Shown here one piece after another: positions 10,510-19,489 of a DNA stretch of 64,000 nt. The position numbers and the translations under genes are program-made. Numbering within the stretch: the stretch's first letter is position 1; each line of letters begins with the position of its first letter. Origin of the DNA: an uncultured Verrucomicrobiae bacterium (lineage in GTDB: Bacteria > Verrucomicrobiota > Verrucomicrobiia > Limisphaerales > JAFGQR01); assembly GCA_963788655.1 (NCBI GenBank), contig CAWBHS010000017.1, forward strand, positions 1 to 64,000. The letters run 5' to 3'. The notes beneath the pieces were generated by a model that saw only the letters and a list, made by a program, of their open reading frames with translations, was not told where the DNA came from and searched no databases.

Positions 10510-11487
10510 ATGGCTACCGAAATGAATCGTCGTTCCTTCGTCAAGAGCACCCTCCTTACCTCCGCCGGCTTGGCGATGTCCGTGGAGTCGCGCGGTCAGA
10601 ATGCTACGGCGCCCACCGCCAATCCGCCCTCCGCGCAACCGGGGCTGGCCAAAGGAAAAATTGGCAAACTGGAAATCAGCCGGATTATTCTCGGCGGCAA
10701 TTTACTGACGCACTACACCTACAGCCGCGACATGCAATATCTCTATAATCTTGTGTCTCATTACAACATGGACGAGAAGATCATGGAAACCCTGGCGCTG
10801 GCCGAGACGACCGGCATCAATACGCTTTCCATGCCTAACCCGCGGCACGTGATTTCCGCGATCCGCCGCTACCGTAGAGAACGCGGCGGCAAGATTCAGT
10901 GGATCATCTGCCCAACCGCACCGGTGACGCCGGACATGGGCGAGTATCGGCGACGGGTGGAAGAATTGCTGAAGGATGGCTGCGAAGCATTTTATCTGTG
11001 GGGCGTTCATGCGGATTCGCTGGTGGCCCAAGGCAAATACGACCTGGTGGCCCAAGCGGTCGCGCTGCCCAAGGAATACGGCGTGCCTTCCGGGGTCGGC
11101 GCACATGCATTGGATGTGGTGAAAGCCTGTGAAAAGCACGGGATTGAGGCCGATTTCTACAACATGCCATTCCCCCATTGCCGTTTCCCGACCGGCCCGA
11201 AGCCCGATGAAGTAACCACGCCTTACAATGAGTTCCCGGGGTATTGGTGCCGCGAACCGGAGGAAACCATTGAAGTGATGAAAGCCGTCAAGAAACCGTG
11301 GATAGCCTTCAAAACAATGGCGTCGGAAGCCATTCCGCCCAAGCAGCCTTTCCACTATGAGTTTTCCAGCGGTGCGGACTTCGTACTCGCGGCAGGCCTG
11401 ATCGATTTTGAAATCGCTGAAGACGTGAAGACCGCGATGGAAACGCTGGTGTTAAACCAGGAGCGTCCGCGGCCCTGGATGGCGTGA
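10510..11487 (+). CDS. Tat-exported aldo/keto-reductase-like TIM-barrel protein
   Basis: Twin-arginine NRRSFVK; GKIGKLEISRIILGGN, GVGAH, KPWIAFK, GADF motifs. Confidence 0.75.
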   Translation: MATEMNRRSFVKSTLLTSAGLAMSVESRGQNATAPTANPPSAQPGLAKGKIGKLEISRIILGGNLLTHYTYSRDMQYLYNLVSHYNMDEKIMETLALAETTGINTLSMPNPRHVISAIRRYRRERGGKIQWIICPTAPVTPDMGEYRRRVEELLKDGCEAFYLWGVHADSLVAQGKYDLVAQAVALPKEYGVPSGVGAHALDVVKACEKHGIEADFYNMPFPHCRFPTGPKPDEVTTPYNEFPGYWCREPEETIEVMKAVKKPWIAFKTMASEAIPPKQPFHYEFSSGADFVLAAGLIDFEIAEDVKTAMETLVLNQERPRPWMA

Positions 11488-11602
11488 GCTACGGGTGAAT
11501 CCGTTGCCCGCTGATTCCACTGCCCCTGGGCGGACCAGGCGAATGTTCTATCCGGCATCCCGCATCCGGCATCCCCCCCCATCACGCCTATGAGTTCCCA
11601 GT

Positions 11603-13645
11603 TCACTCGGCTTCCTCCACTACGTCTTTGAACTGGCAGAGCGAATGGTTCCAGATCACGTCGTGTACAAACGCCGGAAAGAGTCGGCGAAACAACCACC
11701 AAAACGGTCGGGTCGCCCAACTTCGACCGCGCTTGAAATTGAACGCGACGTAAATGGATAGGGCGCACAGGTTGTCAAAGAGCTTCTCAATTTCGAAGAT
11801 GAGCACACCGCCCCGCGCAAACCCGTCCTGCACCCGATAGACGGCCAAGTGTTCTCCCACGATGCGTTCGAGTACCAGGTGGAAGCAAAACGGGCGGCTC
11901 CCGACCACGTACTCGATTACGCAACCTGGCTCATGAGGTTGGCCGGCTATGCGGTGAATCCGCACCCAGCGGGGATGCATAAAGCGCCGGTCCGGTTCTC
12001 CGAATTCCTCCAGTTGCTCCAGGACTTGGGCTCGACGGGCGCGAATCTTGATCGTGTACATTCGCTCGAACTCCGGTTGCTCCAGCATGGTCAGGCTGCC
12101 TTCCGCCATCGCGCGTCCCAACAAGGTCCGTTTGGCTTCGAACCGTTCAATGGCCACGCCGGTCGGGAACCGGCCGAATCCTTCCCAGGGCAGTCCGAAC
12201 AGGAGCTCGGTAAAGTAATTGCGCGCCGTGATCAAGATCCCACCGGTGAAGATCGACCAGACCACCGCCAGTTGGCGCATCGATCGGTAGATGTCTTCAT
12301 ACTGGTCGTCACCACTGGCGATGCGCCAGAGAATCCGGTCCAGGCGGCGCTGCGGCCCGGGCATGGCCTTGCGCTCGCTGATGACCGCCTGGTAAAAAAT
12401 TCGGCTCAGCACGGACGAGCCGAACACCAGGCGATGAACCAGAAACACCCGGGCGGCAAACTGATTGTCCCGCTCCAAACGCTGGATGGCGGGCAGGTAA
12501 CCGGTTCTCAGGCTTCCCGCGTCGAGGCCCTGTTCCAATAATGTGGTGGCCAGCGCCTGCGCGGTCTGGTGGGCGGTAAAAATGCCGTCTTTGTAAAGCC
12601 GGGAGGTAACCAGGTCGCCAATCGCGGCCACGCGTTCGCCAAAAGGATGGCGGGCCGAGCCGACCACCATATTGGGATTGCAAACACACGTGGCGCGCAA
12701 CGAAATGGTGCGCGGCACCAATTTCCGCACGTGAGGCAACGCCAGAAACTCCTGGACGATTTCCCGGTGCTCCGAAACGGTCGCCGCCGTATCCACGCTG
12801 CCCCCGAGCAGCACCACCGTAATGAAGCCGCGTTTGGGCACCAACGAGCACATCTCCAAGTGCAACCGATGGGAGCCGTATTCCACGAAATACAATTCTC
12901 CTTCCAAGTGGGGCGGGAGACCCGCCCGCGCCTCCAGTTCCAGGATCAAAGCCCGACGCAATCGCGGCGGTTCGTAGTCGGGGATCAACTGCCGCAACAA
13001 CGTGCCTACGCCGCGCCCGTTGACCTGGCCATCGGGCACCTCGTTGACCCCGGCGGCAAAGACCACGAAATCGGCTTCAATTTCTGTGTCCGAGCCCTTG
13101 GCACGATAGACCACGGTGGGCCGGCCGCGAGGCGAATAGGCGGTCTGATGGACCTCCCCGCTGATCAATTCCGCTCCTCGCGCGAGCGCCGCATCCAAGA
13201 GGTACGCATCAAAACTGCGACCCGAATCCTGCCGGCGCGCCGGACGCGCTCCCCGAAAGACGGACAGCATTTCCCGTCCGGCAGGCACCTCCAGTTCGAT
13301 GTTCTTCCAGTAGCCTTGAATGGTGATTTGGTGGATGCGATTCTGGATCACGTCCGGCGGAATGGTGAGGTCCAGACTGTTCAAGGTGTCGCTCAGCTTG
13401 GGGGAAATACCGCCCGCGCAATAGTTGCAACCTTTCCAGCCTTCCGCCGGGCAGCACGGGCCGGGAGGACAACTCCGGCAACGCCGTTCGAGTATGGTGA
13501 CGCGCACGTCGCGGTGCAGCGCCTGGGCTCGGCGCAGGAGGTGAATGGCACAAAAAGCACCGGCTGGTCCGCCGCCAATGATAACAATCCTCCCCCCGTC
13601 CTCCAGGCGGACGCGGCTGGGAATCTGGAAGTTCTGGCTTCCCAT
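11603..13645 (-). CDS. FAD-dependent oxidoreductase (geranylgeranyl reductase-like) with C-terminal SRPBCC-like domain
   Basis: IIGGGPAG Rossmann motif, GCNYCAGG, AIGD..SRLYKDGI; C-terminal about 150 aa ends FVHDVIWNHSLCQFK. Confidence 0.8.
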   Translation of the reverse strand: MGSQNFQIPSRVRLEDGGRIVIIGGGPAGAFCAIHLLRRAQALHRDVRVTILERRCRSCPPGPCCPAEGWKGCNYCAGGISPKLSDTLNSLDLTIPPDVIQNRIHQITIQGYWKNIELEVPAGREMLSVFRGARPARRQDSGRSFDAYLLDAALARGAELISGEVHQTAYSPRGRPTVVYRAKGSDTEIEADFVVFAAGVNEVPDGQVNGRGVGTLLRQLIPDYEPPRLRRALILELEARAGLPPHLEGELYFVEYGSHRLHLEMCSLVPKRGFITVVLLGGSVDTAATVSEHREIVQEFLALPHVRKLVPRTISLRATCVCNPNMVVGSARHPFGERVAAIGDLVTSRLYKDGIFTAHQTAQALATTLLEQGLDAGSLRTGYLPAIQRLERDNQFAARVFLVHRLVFGSSVLSRIFYQAVISERKAMPGPQRRLDRILWRIASGDDQYEDIYRSMRQLAVVWSIFTGGILITARNYFTELLFGLPWEGFGRFPTGVAIERFEAKRTLLGRAMAEGSLTMLEQPEFERMYTIKIRARRAQVLEQLEEFGEPDRRFMHPRWVRIHRIAGQPHEPGCVIEYVVGSRPFCFHLVLERIVGEHLAVYRVQDGFARGGVLIFEIEKLFDNLCALSIYVAFNFKRGRSWATRPFWWLFRRLFPAFVHDVIWNHSLCQFKDVVEEAE

Positions 13646-14091
13646 CGCACATCAGGCGTTGCGGAAGTTGCTTTGGCTGGCCCAGCAGTAGTCGGCCAAG
13701 CCTACAAACGATTTCATCGGATCGGTCGTCGCGTCCACCGCGGTCGGGGTGGATGCTTTGATAATGTGACTTAAAATAATTAATTAGCTAAACCTTATGG
13801 AGTCAAGCTCCAATCTGATGAACCGCGACTTTCGATGCATCCCCAGGTTGTCGGTGGCTCTACCTCATCCGCGGCGTGGGGGCACGGGCCTTACAAGGAG
13901 AACGTCGTTTGTCGGTAGTCCCGGTGCCCTCACTGGGCGTCCGCCCGCGCCGCCAACTTTGGGATGTACTGGGTGACTTCAAGCGGCACGGTTGCGGCCT
14001 TTCAGGTCCCCTGGCCGGGGCCGCCTTATTGGCAGCTATCGGGGAAATCATCTGCCGGGACTTGGCCCAAGACCGGGCGGTGAGCGCAAAC

Positions 14092-14105
14092 TTGATCCAG
14101 GTCAA
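14092..14105. promoter_or_regulatory. FNR/CRP-family box candidate
   Basis: TTGAT-CCAG-GTCAA (consensus TTGAT-N4-ATCAA, one mismatch), about 120 bp upstream of the cytochrome operon. Confidence 0.45.
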
Positions 14106-14225
14106 GATTTGCTCACTTTGAGTCCCAGGAAGGGCGAATATTTCCTTGTCGGGCTCCGTCAATTCAACTAGCAAAAAGAAATTCTGGTTGCATTGATCAG
14201 ACATAATTTAGTAGTAAAAGAAAAT

Positions 14226-14582
14226 ATGAAAATAAAAGTGCTTCTCGTTTCGCTCAGCTTCACCACCCTCGTCACGCTCGCCCTTCCGGCGCAGGGCGCC
14301 GAAATCACTGACCAGGTCAAAGCCACTTGGAAAAAGGAATGCGCCAAATGCCATAACGAAAATGGTGACGGGCACACCAAGATGGGGCGGATTCTCAAGA
14401 TCATCGATTACACGGATCCGCAAGTGCAGGCCAAGCTGAAGGAGGACGAAATGCACAAAGCCATCAAAGACGGGGTAGTCAAGAACGGTAAGAAGAAGAT
14501 GAAGGCCTACGGCGACCAGCTTAGTGATGATGAAATCAAAGGCCTGATCGCCTACATTCACACGTTCAGCAAATCGAAGTAG
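14226..14582 (+). CDS. Class I monoheme cytochrome c
   Basis: Signal peptide, CAKCH, distal Met in KMKAYG, LSDDEIKGLIAYI. Confidence 0.92.
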   Translation: MKIKVLLVSLSFTTLVTLALPAQGAEITDQVKATWKKECAKCHNENGDGHTKMGRILKIIDYTDPQVQAKLKEDEMHKAIKDGVVKNGKKKMKAYGDQLSDDEIKGLIAYIHTFSKSK

Positions 14583-14604
14583 GCCCCGAACCCAGGGCAA
14601 TCAG

Positions 14605-15105
14605 TTGAGCCAACCCGAGGCATCTGCCGGGAATTCCGCCGCGCCTCACGTTGCCGGCAAAGCGACGCGGCGGAGCTTCCTGGATTTTATTCTGGGCCTG
14701 ACGGTGGTGGCTTGGCTGGGAAGCATTATTTACCCGGTAGTGCGTTACCTCAAACCGCTCCCGCAGGCCGGTCCCACCGGCCCCCGGGAACTCACGGCGG
14801 ATGAACTCACCAAGCTGAATCAAAAGCAGTTCGTCATTCTGTTGGTGGGCGGCAAACGGGTGATCGTGCTGCAGGATCCTCAGCGTGAAATTCTGGCCTT
14901 CAGCGCCAAATGCACCCACGAAGGCTGCACCGTCCAATACCTGCCCAACGAATCCATCATTTGGTGCCCTTGCCACAACGGAAAATTCGGCATCAACGGA
15001 CACGTCTTGTCGGGACCGCCTCCGCGTCCCTTGCCCCAATACGCCGTGCAGCGCCAGGAGGACGGGGGCATCATGATCAGCCCGGAAAGTCAGGCGAATG
15101 CATAA
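14605..15105 (+). CDS. qcrA: Rieske iron-sulfur subunit of Rieske/cytochrome b complex
   Basis: Tat-like TRRSFL plus TM helix; CTHEGC and CPCHNG boxes; GPPPRPL. Confidence 0.92.
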   Translation: MSQPEASAGNSAAPHVAGKATRRSFLDFILGLTVVAWLGSIIYPVVRYLKPLPQAGPTGPRELTADELTKLNQKQFVILLVGGKRVIVLQDPQREILAFSAKCTHEGCTVQYLPNESIIWCPCHNGKFGINGHVLSGPPPRPLPQYAVQRQEDGGIMISPESQANA

Positions 15106-16486
15106 AACCGACCACGCCGAGGGATGGCGGGGATGGCTGGATCGCCGTTACCAGATCACGCCGCTGATCGATTTTCTGCGGCACAAGGAAGTGCCGCTGG
15201 GCCACCATTCCCTGGTGTGGTACTACCTGGGCGGGGCGACGATGTTCTTCTTCATGGTGCAAATCGTCACCGGAGCGCTGCTGCTGATGTATTATCAACC
15301 CGGGGAAGCGACCGCCCATGAAAGCATCCGTTACCTGACCACCAAAGTGCCGTTCGGCTGGCTGATGCGGTCGGTGCATTGCTGGAGCGCCCACCTCATG
15401 ATCGTTTCGCTGGTCACCCACATGTTCAGCACCATGATGCTGAAAGCCTATCGTCCGCCGCGGGAACTCACGTGGGTTTCCGGTTATCTGTTGTTCGCGC
15501 TCACCCTGGGTTTTGGTTTCTCCGGATACTTGCTGCCGTGGAACAAACTGGCATTCTTCGCCACCGCCGTTGGAACGGACCTGGTCAAATCGGTGCCTGG
15601 CATCGGCAATTGGCTGTTGCAAGTCTTGCGCGGCGGGGAAAACGTGACGATCAACACCCTCTACCGTTTTTTTGCGATTCACGTGGTCATTCTTCCGCTG
15701 GCCTTTGTCGCGATCATCGGCACGCACCTGCTGTTCATTCAACGCCAGGGCATGGCGCCTCCCTTGGGTGCCAAAGCCGCGCCGCGGGGCATGAAGTTCT
15801 TCCCCAATTTCGCCGGACGCGATGTGTTGCTGTGGCTGGGCTGTTTGATGGTGTTGCTCATCCTCGCCGTGTTCGTGCCGTACGGGCCGGGGGTTCCGGG
15901 CATGGATTGGGAATTGGGCGACAAGGCCGATCCCACCGCACCGGCCTATCCGGGGATCAAACCCGAGTGGTATTTCCTGTGGACCTACCAGTTGCTCAAG
16001 GAATTTCCCCCGCACCTGTTTGGCTTGGAAGGTCCCCAAGTTTGCCTTCTGATTGTCAGTCTTCTGCTGGCCATTTGGGCGATCATTCCCTGGCTCGACC
16101 GGCGGGCCTACCGGGATCAACCGTCGCCGGCCTTCAGTGATTTCGGCTGGGCGGCGATTTTATTCCTCACCTTTCTTACTCTGAAGGCGTGGGACATTGG
16201 CACGCCGGGAACCGCGGAGGAAACCGCCGCCATCCGGGCGGTGGCCTGGACCTGTGCCTGGTGGACGCTGGGCGCGGGCGCACTAATTCTCGGCGTTCGG
16301 TTGGCGCAAGGGGACCGGTGGTTTTTCCTGACTGCCGCCGCGTTACTACATGTGTGCTTGCACGGAGTGTTTGGGCTTTCGTACCTTTTGGCGGGCGCCA
16401 TCGCAGCAGCCGCCGGAGCGGTCGCGATAACGTTTGTTTGCGTCAAGTCCAAGCGATCCGAAACCGGTACGGAGGGGGCCGCATGA
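15098..16486 (+). CDS. qcrB: Cytochrome b (fused b6-like and subunit IV-like domains with extra C-terminal helices)
   Basis: GWLMRSVHCWSAHLM..HMF, RELTWVSG, GFSGYLLPW, RFFAIHV..H, IKPEWYF. Confidence 0.93.
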   Translation: MHKTDHAEGWRGWLDRRYQITPLIDFLRHKEVPLGHHSLVWYYLGGATMFFFMVQIVTGALLLMYYQPGEATAHESIRYLTTKVPFGWLMRSVHCWSAHLMIVSLVTHMFSTMMLKAYRPPRELTWVSGYLLFALTLGFGFSGYLLPWNKLAFFATAVGTDLVKSVPGIGNWLLQVLRGGENVTINTLYRFFAIHVVILPLAFVAIIGTHLLFIQRQGMAPPLGAKAAPRGMKFFPNFAGRDVLLWLGCLMVLLILAVFVPYGPGVPGMDWELGDKADPTAPAYPGIKPEWYFLWTYQLLKEFPPHLFGLEGPQVCLLIVSLLLAIWAIIPWLDRRAYRDQPSPAFSDFGWAAILFLTFLTLKAWDIGTPGTAEETAAIRAVAWTCAWWTLGAGALILGVRLAQGDRWFFLTAAALLHVCLHGVFGLSYLLAGAIAAAAGAVAITFVCVKSKRSETGTEGAA

Positions 16487-18042
16487 AACCGCTTTTAAAG
16501 AATCTCCGCCGAATGCTACTGGCCATCGGCGCTGTGCTGACGGTGGCCGGCCACGCGGCATCGTTGCCCCCCGAAGTTCTCACGCTGCTTTCCGCTCAAA
16601 CCGAAGCGGGCCAGCCAGTCGTCAGTCCGGAACAGCGGACTTACGTGGATGGCCTGAATGATCACCTCAAGGGCCTGCTGGCCGCGGTCGTGACGAACCA
16701 ATTGGTCACCAAGCCAAGTCACTTGAGCCACTTGCTGGCGTTGAAGCTGCGACCGCAAAAGCTGGAGCTGTTGTTGCAGGATCATTGCCTCCTGTGCCAC
16801 ACCGATCCGGAGGTTCAAACCGCGGCCACCCTGTTTACGTTGACCCCCGGATCAAACGCTTCGCCGGCCCATTTGAACCTGAAGGATTTGGTCGAGGACA
16901 CGCATTTTCGCCGGGGCCTGTCCTGCGCCGGTTGCCACGGCGGTGATCCTACGGCCGATTTCGGTCATGATTTTGTAAAGCAGTGGCCGGAGAGTGGCCG
17001 CCGCGAGTCCCGCGCCTGGATCCTGGACTTCTGTGCGCGGTGCCATTCCGATCCCACGTTCATGAACCGGTTCAACCCCTCGTTGCCCACCGATCAATTG
17101 GCGAAGTTCAGAGAAAGTCCGCACGGCCGGACGCTGCTGGAACAGAAAGACAACCGGGCACCCACCTGCATCAGTTGCCACGGAGTCCACGGCATTCGCG
17201 ATGCCAAGAATCCGGACTCCAAGGTGTATGCCCGCAACGTCCCCGCCACCTGCGGCGCCTGCCACGCCAATCCCAAAACCATGGCGGGATTCAAGCTGCC
17301 CGATGGTTCGCCGTTGCCCACCAGCCAGTACGAACAATACCGGAGCAGCGTCCATGGTCTGGCCTTGTTGCAACGCGGTGACCTGGGAGCGCCGGCGTGC
17401 AACGACTGCCATGGCAACCACGCCGCCATGCCGGTGGGGGTGTCCAGTGTGAGCCAAAGTTGCAGTCTGTGTCATGCCAATAACGCCAGCCTCTTTGACG
17501 GCAGCAAACACAAAGTGGCCTTCGAGCAGCACAACTGGCCCCAGTGCGCCCAATGCCACGGCAAGCATGCCATCGCCAAAACTCATGATTCCATGCTGGG
17601 CACCGGGGAGAAGTCGGTTTGCGTGCAATGCCACGGGGAATACGCCAAAGACAACCCGAAGTGCAACGCCACGGCGGACTATTTCTATAACACGGTCACC
17701 CAGTTGCAGGACGGCTTGGTCCACTATCAAACCGTCGCTGAGCAATTAGCCGTTAAGGGACTGGACATTGACCCGATCGACAGCCAATTGAACAAGCTTG
17801 AAGACGATCTGCGCAAGTCCCGGTCGTATATCCATTCATTCAGTAGCAACAGTTTTCAACAAGCCGCTGCGCCCGGAGAAGCCGCCATTACCACCATGGC
17901 CGGCGTGGTCAAACAGGCGAAGTCGGAATACCGGTATCGACAGGCCGGTTTGCTCGCCAGCATTACGCTGATGGGTCTGATGATGATCGCCTTTTACCTG
18001 AAGCTCCGCAAAATGGAACGACCGTCCGGCGAACCGAAGTAG
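16483..18042 (+). CDS. Nonaheme c-type cytochrome with C-terminal membrane anchor
   Basis: Nine CxxCH motifs (CLLCH, CAGCH, CARCH, CISCH, CGACH, CNDCH, CSLCH, CAQCH, CVQCH), signal peptide, C-terminal TM helix; ATGA overlap with cytochrome b. Confidence 0.92.
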   Translation: MKPLLKNLRRMLLAIGAVLTVAGHAASLPPEVLTLLSAQTEAGQPVVSPEQRTYVDGLNDHLKGLLAAVVTNQLVTKPSHLSHLLALKLRPQKLELLLQDHCLLCHTDPEVQTAATLFTLTPGSNASPAHLNLKDLVEDTHFRRGLSCAGCHGGDPTADFGHDFVKQWPESGRRESRAWILDFCARCHSDPTFMNRFNPSLPTDQLAKFRESPHGRTLLEQKDNRAPTCISCHGVHGIRDAKNPDSKVYARNVPATCGACHANPKTMAGFKLPDGSPLPTSQYEQYRSSVHGLALLQRGDLGAPACNDCHGNHAAMPVGVSSVSQSCSLCHANNASLFDGSKHKVAFEQHNWPQCAQCHGKHAIAKTHDSMLGTGEKSVCVQCHGEYAKDNPKCNATADYFYNTVTQLQDGLVHYQTVAEQLAVKGLDIDPIDSQLNKLEDDLRKSRSYIHSFSSNSFQQAAAPGEAAITTMAGVVKQAKSEYRYRQAGLLASITLMGLMMIAFYLKLRKMERPSGEPK

Positions 18043-18243
18043 TCCGAAGCACGCTTGGGGTGTGCTTGTTACGTGGTGGTGGTAATCACAATGACGAACC
18101 CAACGTGCTGCCGGCATCCTGCCGGCAGATCGAACGGGGAAATGCGCTCGGAATGGAGAGTGTCAGACAAGCGCGACCCGCACGAGCCTTGCTGCCGACG
18201 GAACGCTCCAGCCCGTATTGGTGCTTGCGGACCTTTGCTGTCT

Positions 18244-18965
18244 TCAATTCATCACGGTAGGTGAACTTTGCTTCCCGCACTTTGCGATGTAATCGAACAG
18301 ATCCCCAAACGCCGGGGGAATCGTGCCCTCCTTGAGATAGCTGGCCCAGTTCAGATCGTGATCCGTTTTGGGGTACGTTCGCACGGAGAGATTGATCTTC
18401 CCAGATTCCCGAAAGGCTCGCTGCGCTGCGAGGGCGCCTTCGACGCGGCAGGCTCCGTCATTCTCGTCGTGGAAAATTGCCAGGGGCACATTCAGTTTGA
18501 GCAGGGTTTCATGGGGCGGTGGACTCTCCCATTCCTCGAGCAAATACGCCGAAGAAAGATTCAGCACGTTGTCCCACAGATAGTCGTCATCGCGGTTCTG
18601 CACGGCTTTCAAAATCTCCTCCGCATGCGGCCCGTGGTTCATTTCTGTGGGCGTAACGATGCGGTCCTGGTTGCGGTCAAGTTGATCGAAGGGCAGAAGG
18701 TCCGAAACAATTCTGCCTTTGCGCTTGAGAACCTCGTCGTATTCGGCGCGGGTCACTGTGCGGTCATTGTCCGCGTCAAAAATTTTGGCAATGTTCCGCC
18801 AGGGGCCAACGGTGTTCTGCCACACGATGGTGTCCTTCATCCCGTCCTCGGAGTAACCAAACATCGCGATGGCAATGATGCCGTCCGGTTCGGCCAAGGC
18901 GAGCCGCGGCGCCCAGCGGGTGCCGGCGCTGGCGCCGAGCAGGATGATGCGGTTGGGGTACACCA
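18244..18965 (-). pseudogene. C-terminal half of an alpha/beta hydrolase with EF-hand-like loops
   Basis: PNRIILLGASAGT nucleophile elbow, DADNDRTVT and DRNQDRIVT EF-hand-like loops, HDENDG and TDHDL catalytic candidates; no normal N-terminus. Confidence 0.6.
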
Positions 18966-19247
18966 TGTTTTCAGCACGTTGGAATCCCGCCAGAAATTGG
19001 TCGGCGTGCGAACGTCGCGGTCTTGCTGTTGCAGCACGATTTCGTAGGAAAACGCGGGCGGCTGCGGCTCGAGCCACCCTGCGTTCGTGGCATAAAAGCG
19101 GTCCCAGAACGCCAGGATGTGTGCTGGTGGCTTTTCCGTTACCGACCATGGATTCTTGTTCTTTAGAACCAGCCACAGGCTGATCACGACCAGCAGCACG
19201 GTGAAACTGGTCCGCGTAACGGTTCGTTTTAATCGGAACATGGTCAC
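18960..19247 (-). pseudogene. N-terminal fragment of a membrane-anchored hypothetical protein
   Basis: TM helix plus about 70 aa, then runs out of frame into the hydrolase fragment. Confidence 0.45.
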
Positions 19248-19316
19248 GGTAAAGGTTTGTTTCTTGAACTGATTGTACGCCGCTACGCTTTCTCGTTGAT
19301 TAGAAGGCGGTGTTTT

Positions 19317-19450
19317 CCCCTCACCCTAACCCTCTCCCCAAGGAGAGGGAACAGCAGGGAAAGCGCTACAAATTCCCGGAATGTGAGATTTGAATTCCAC
19401 GCGGCGAACTTTTCTCCCTCTCCCTGGGGAGAGGGCCGGGGTGCAGGGAA
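19317..19450. repeat. REP-like element (CCCTCACCCTAACCCTCTCCC family)
   Basis: CCCCTCACCCTAACCCTCTCCCCAAGGAGAGGG ... CCCTCTCCCTGGGGAGAGGGCCGGGGTGCAGGG. Confidence 0.8.
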
Positions 19451-19489
19451 ACGGATCTTGGACGGCTTTTAACATGGTTGCCCGCGCGT

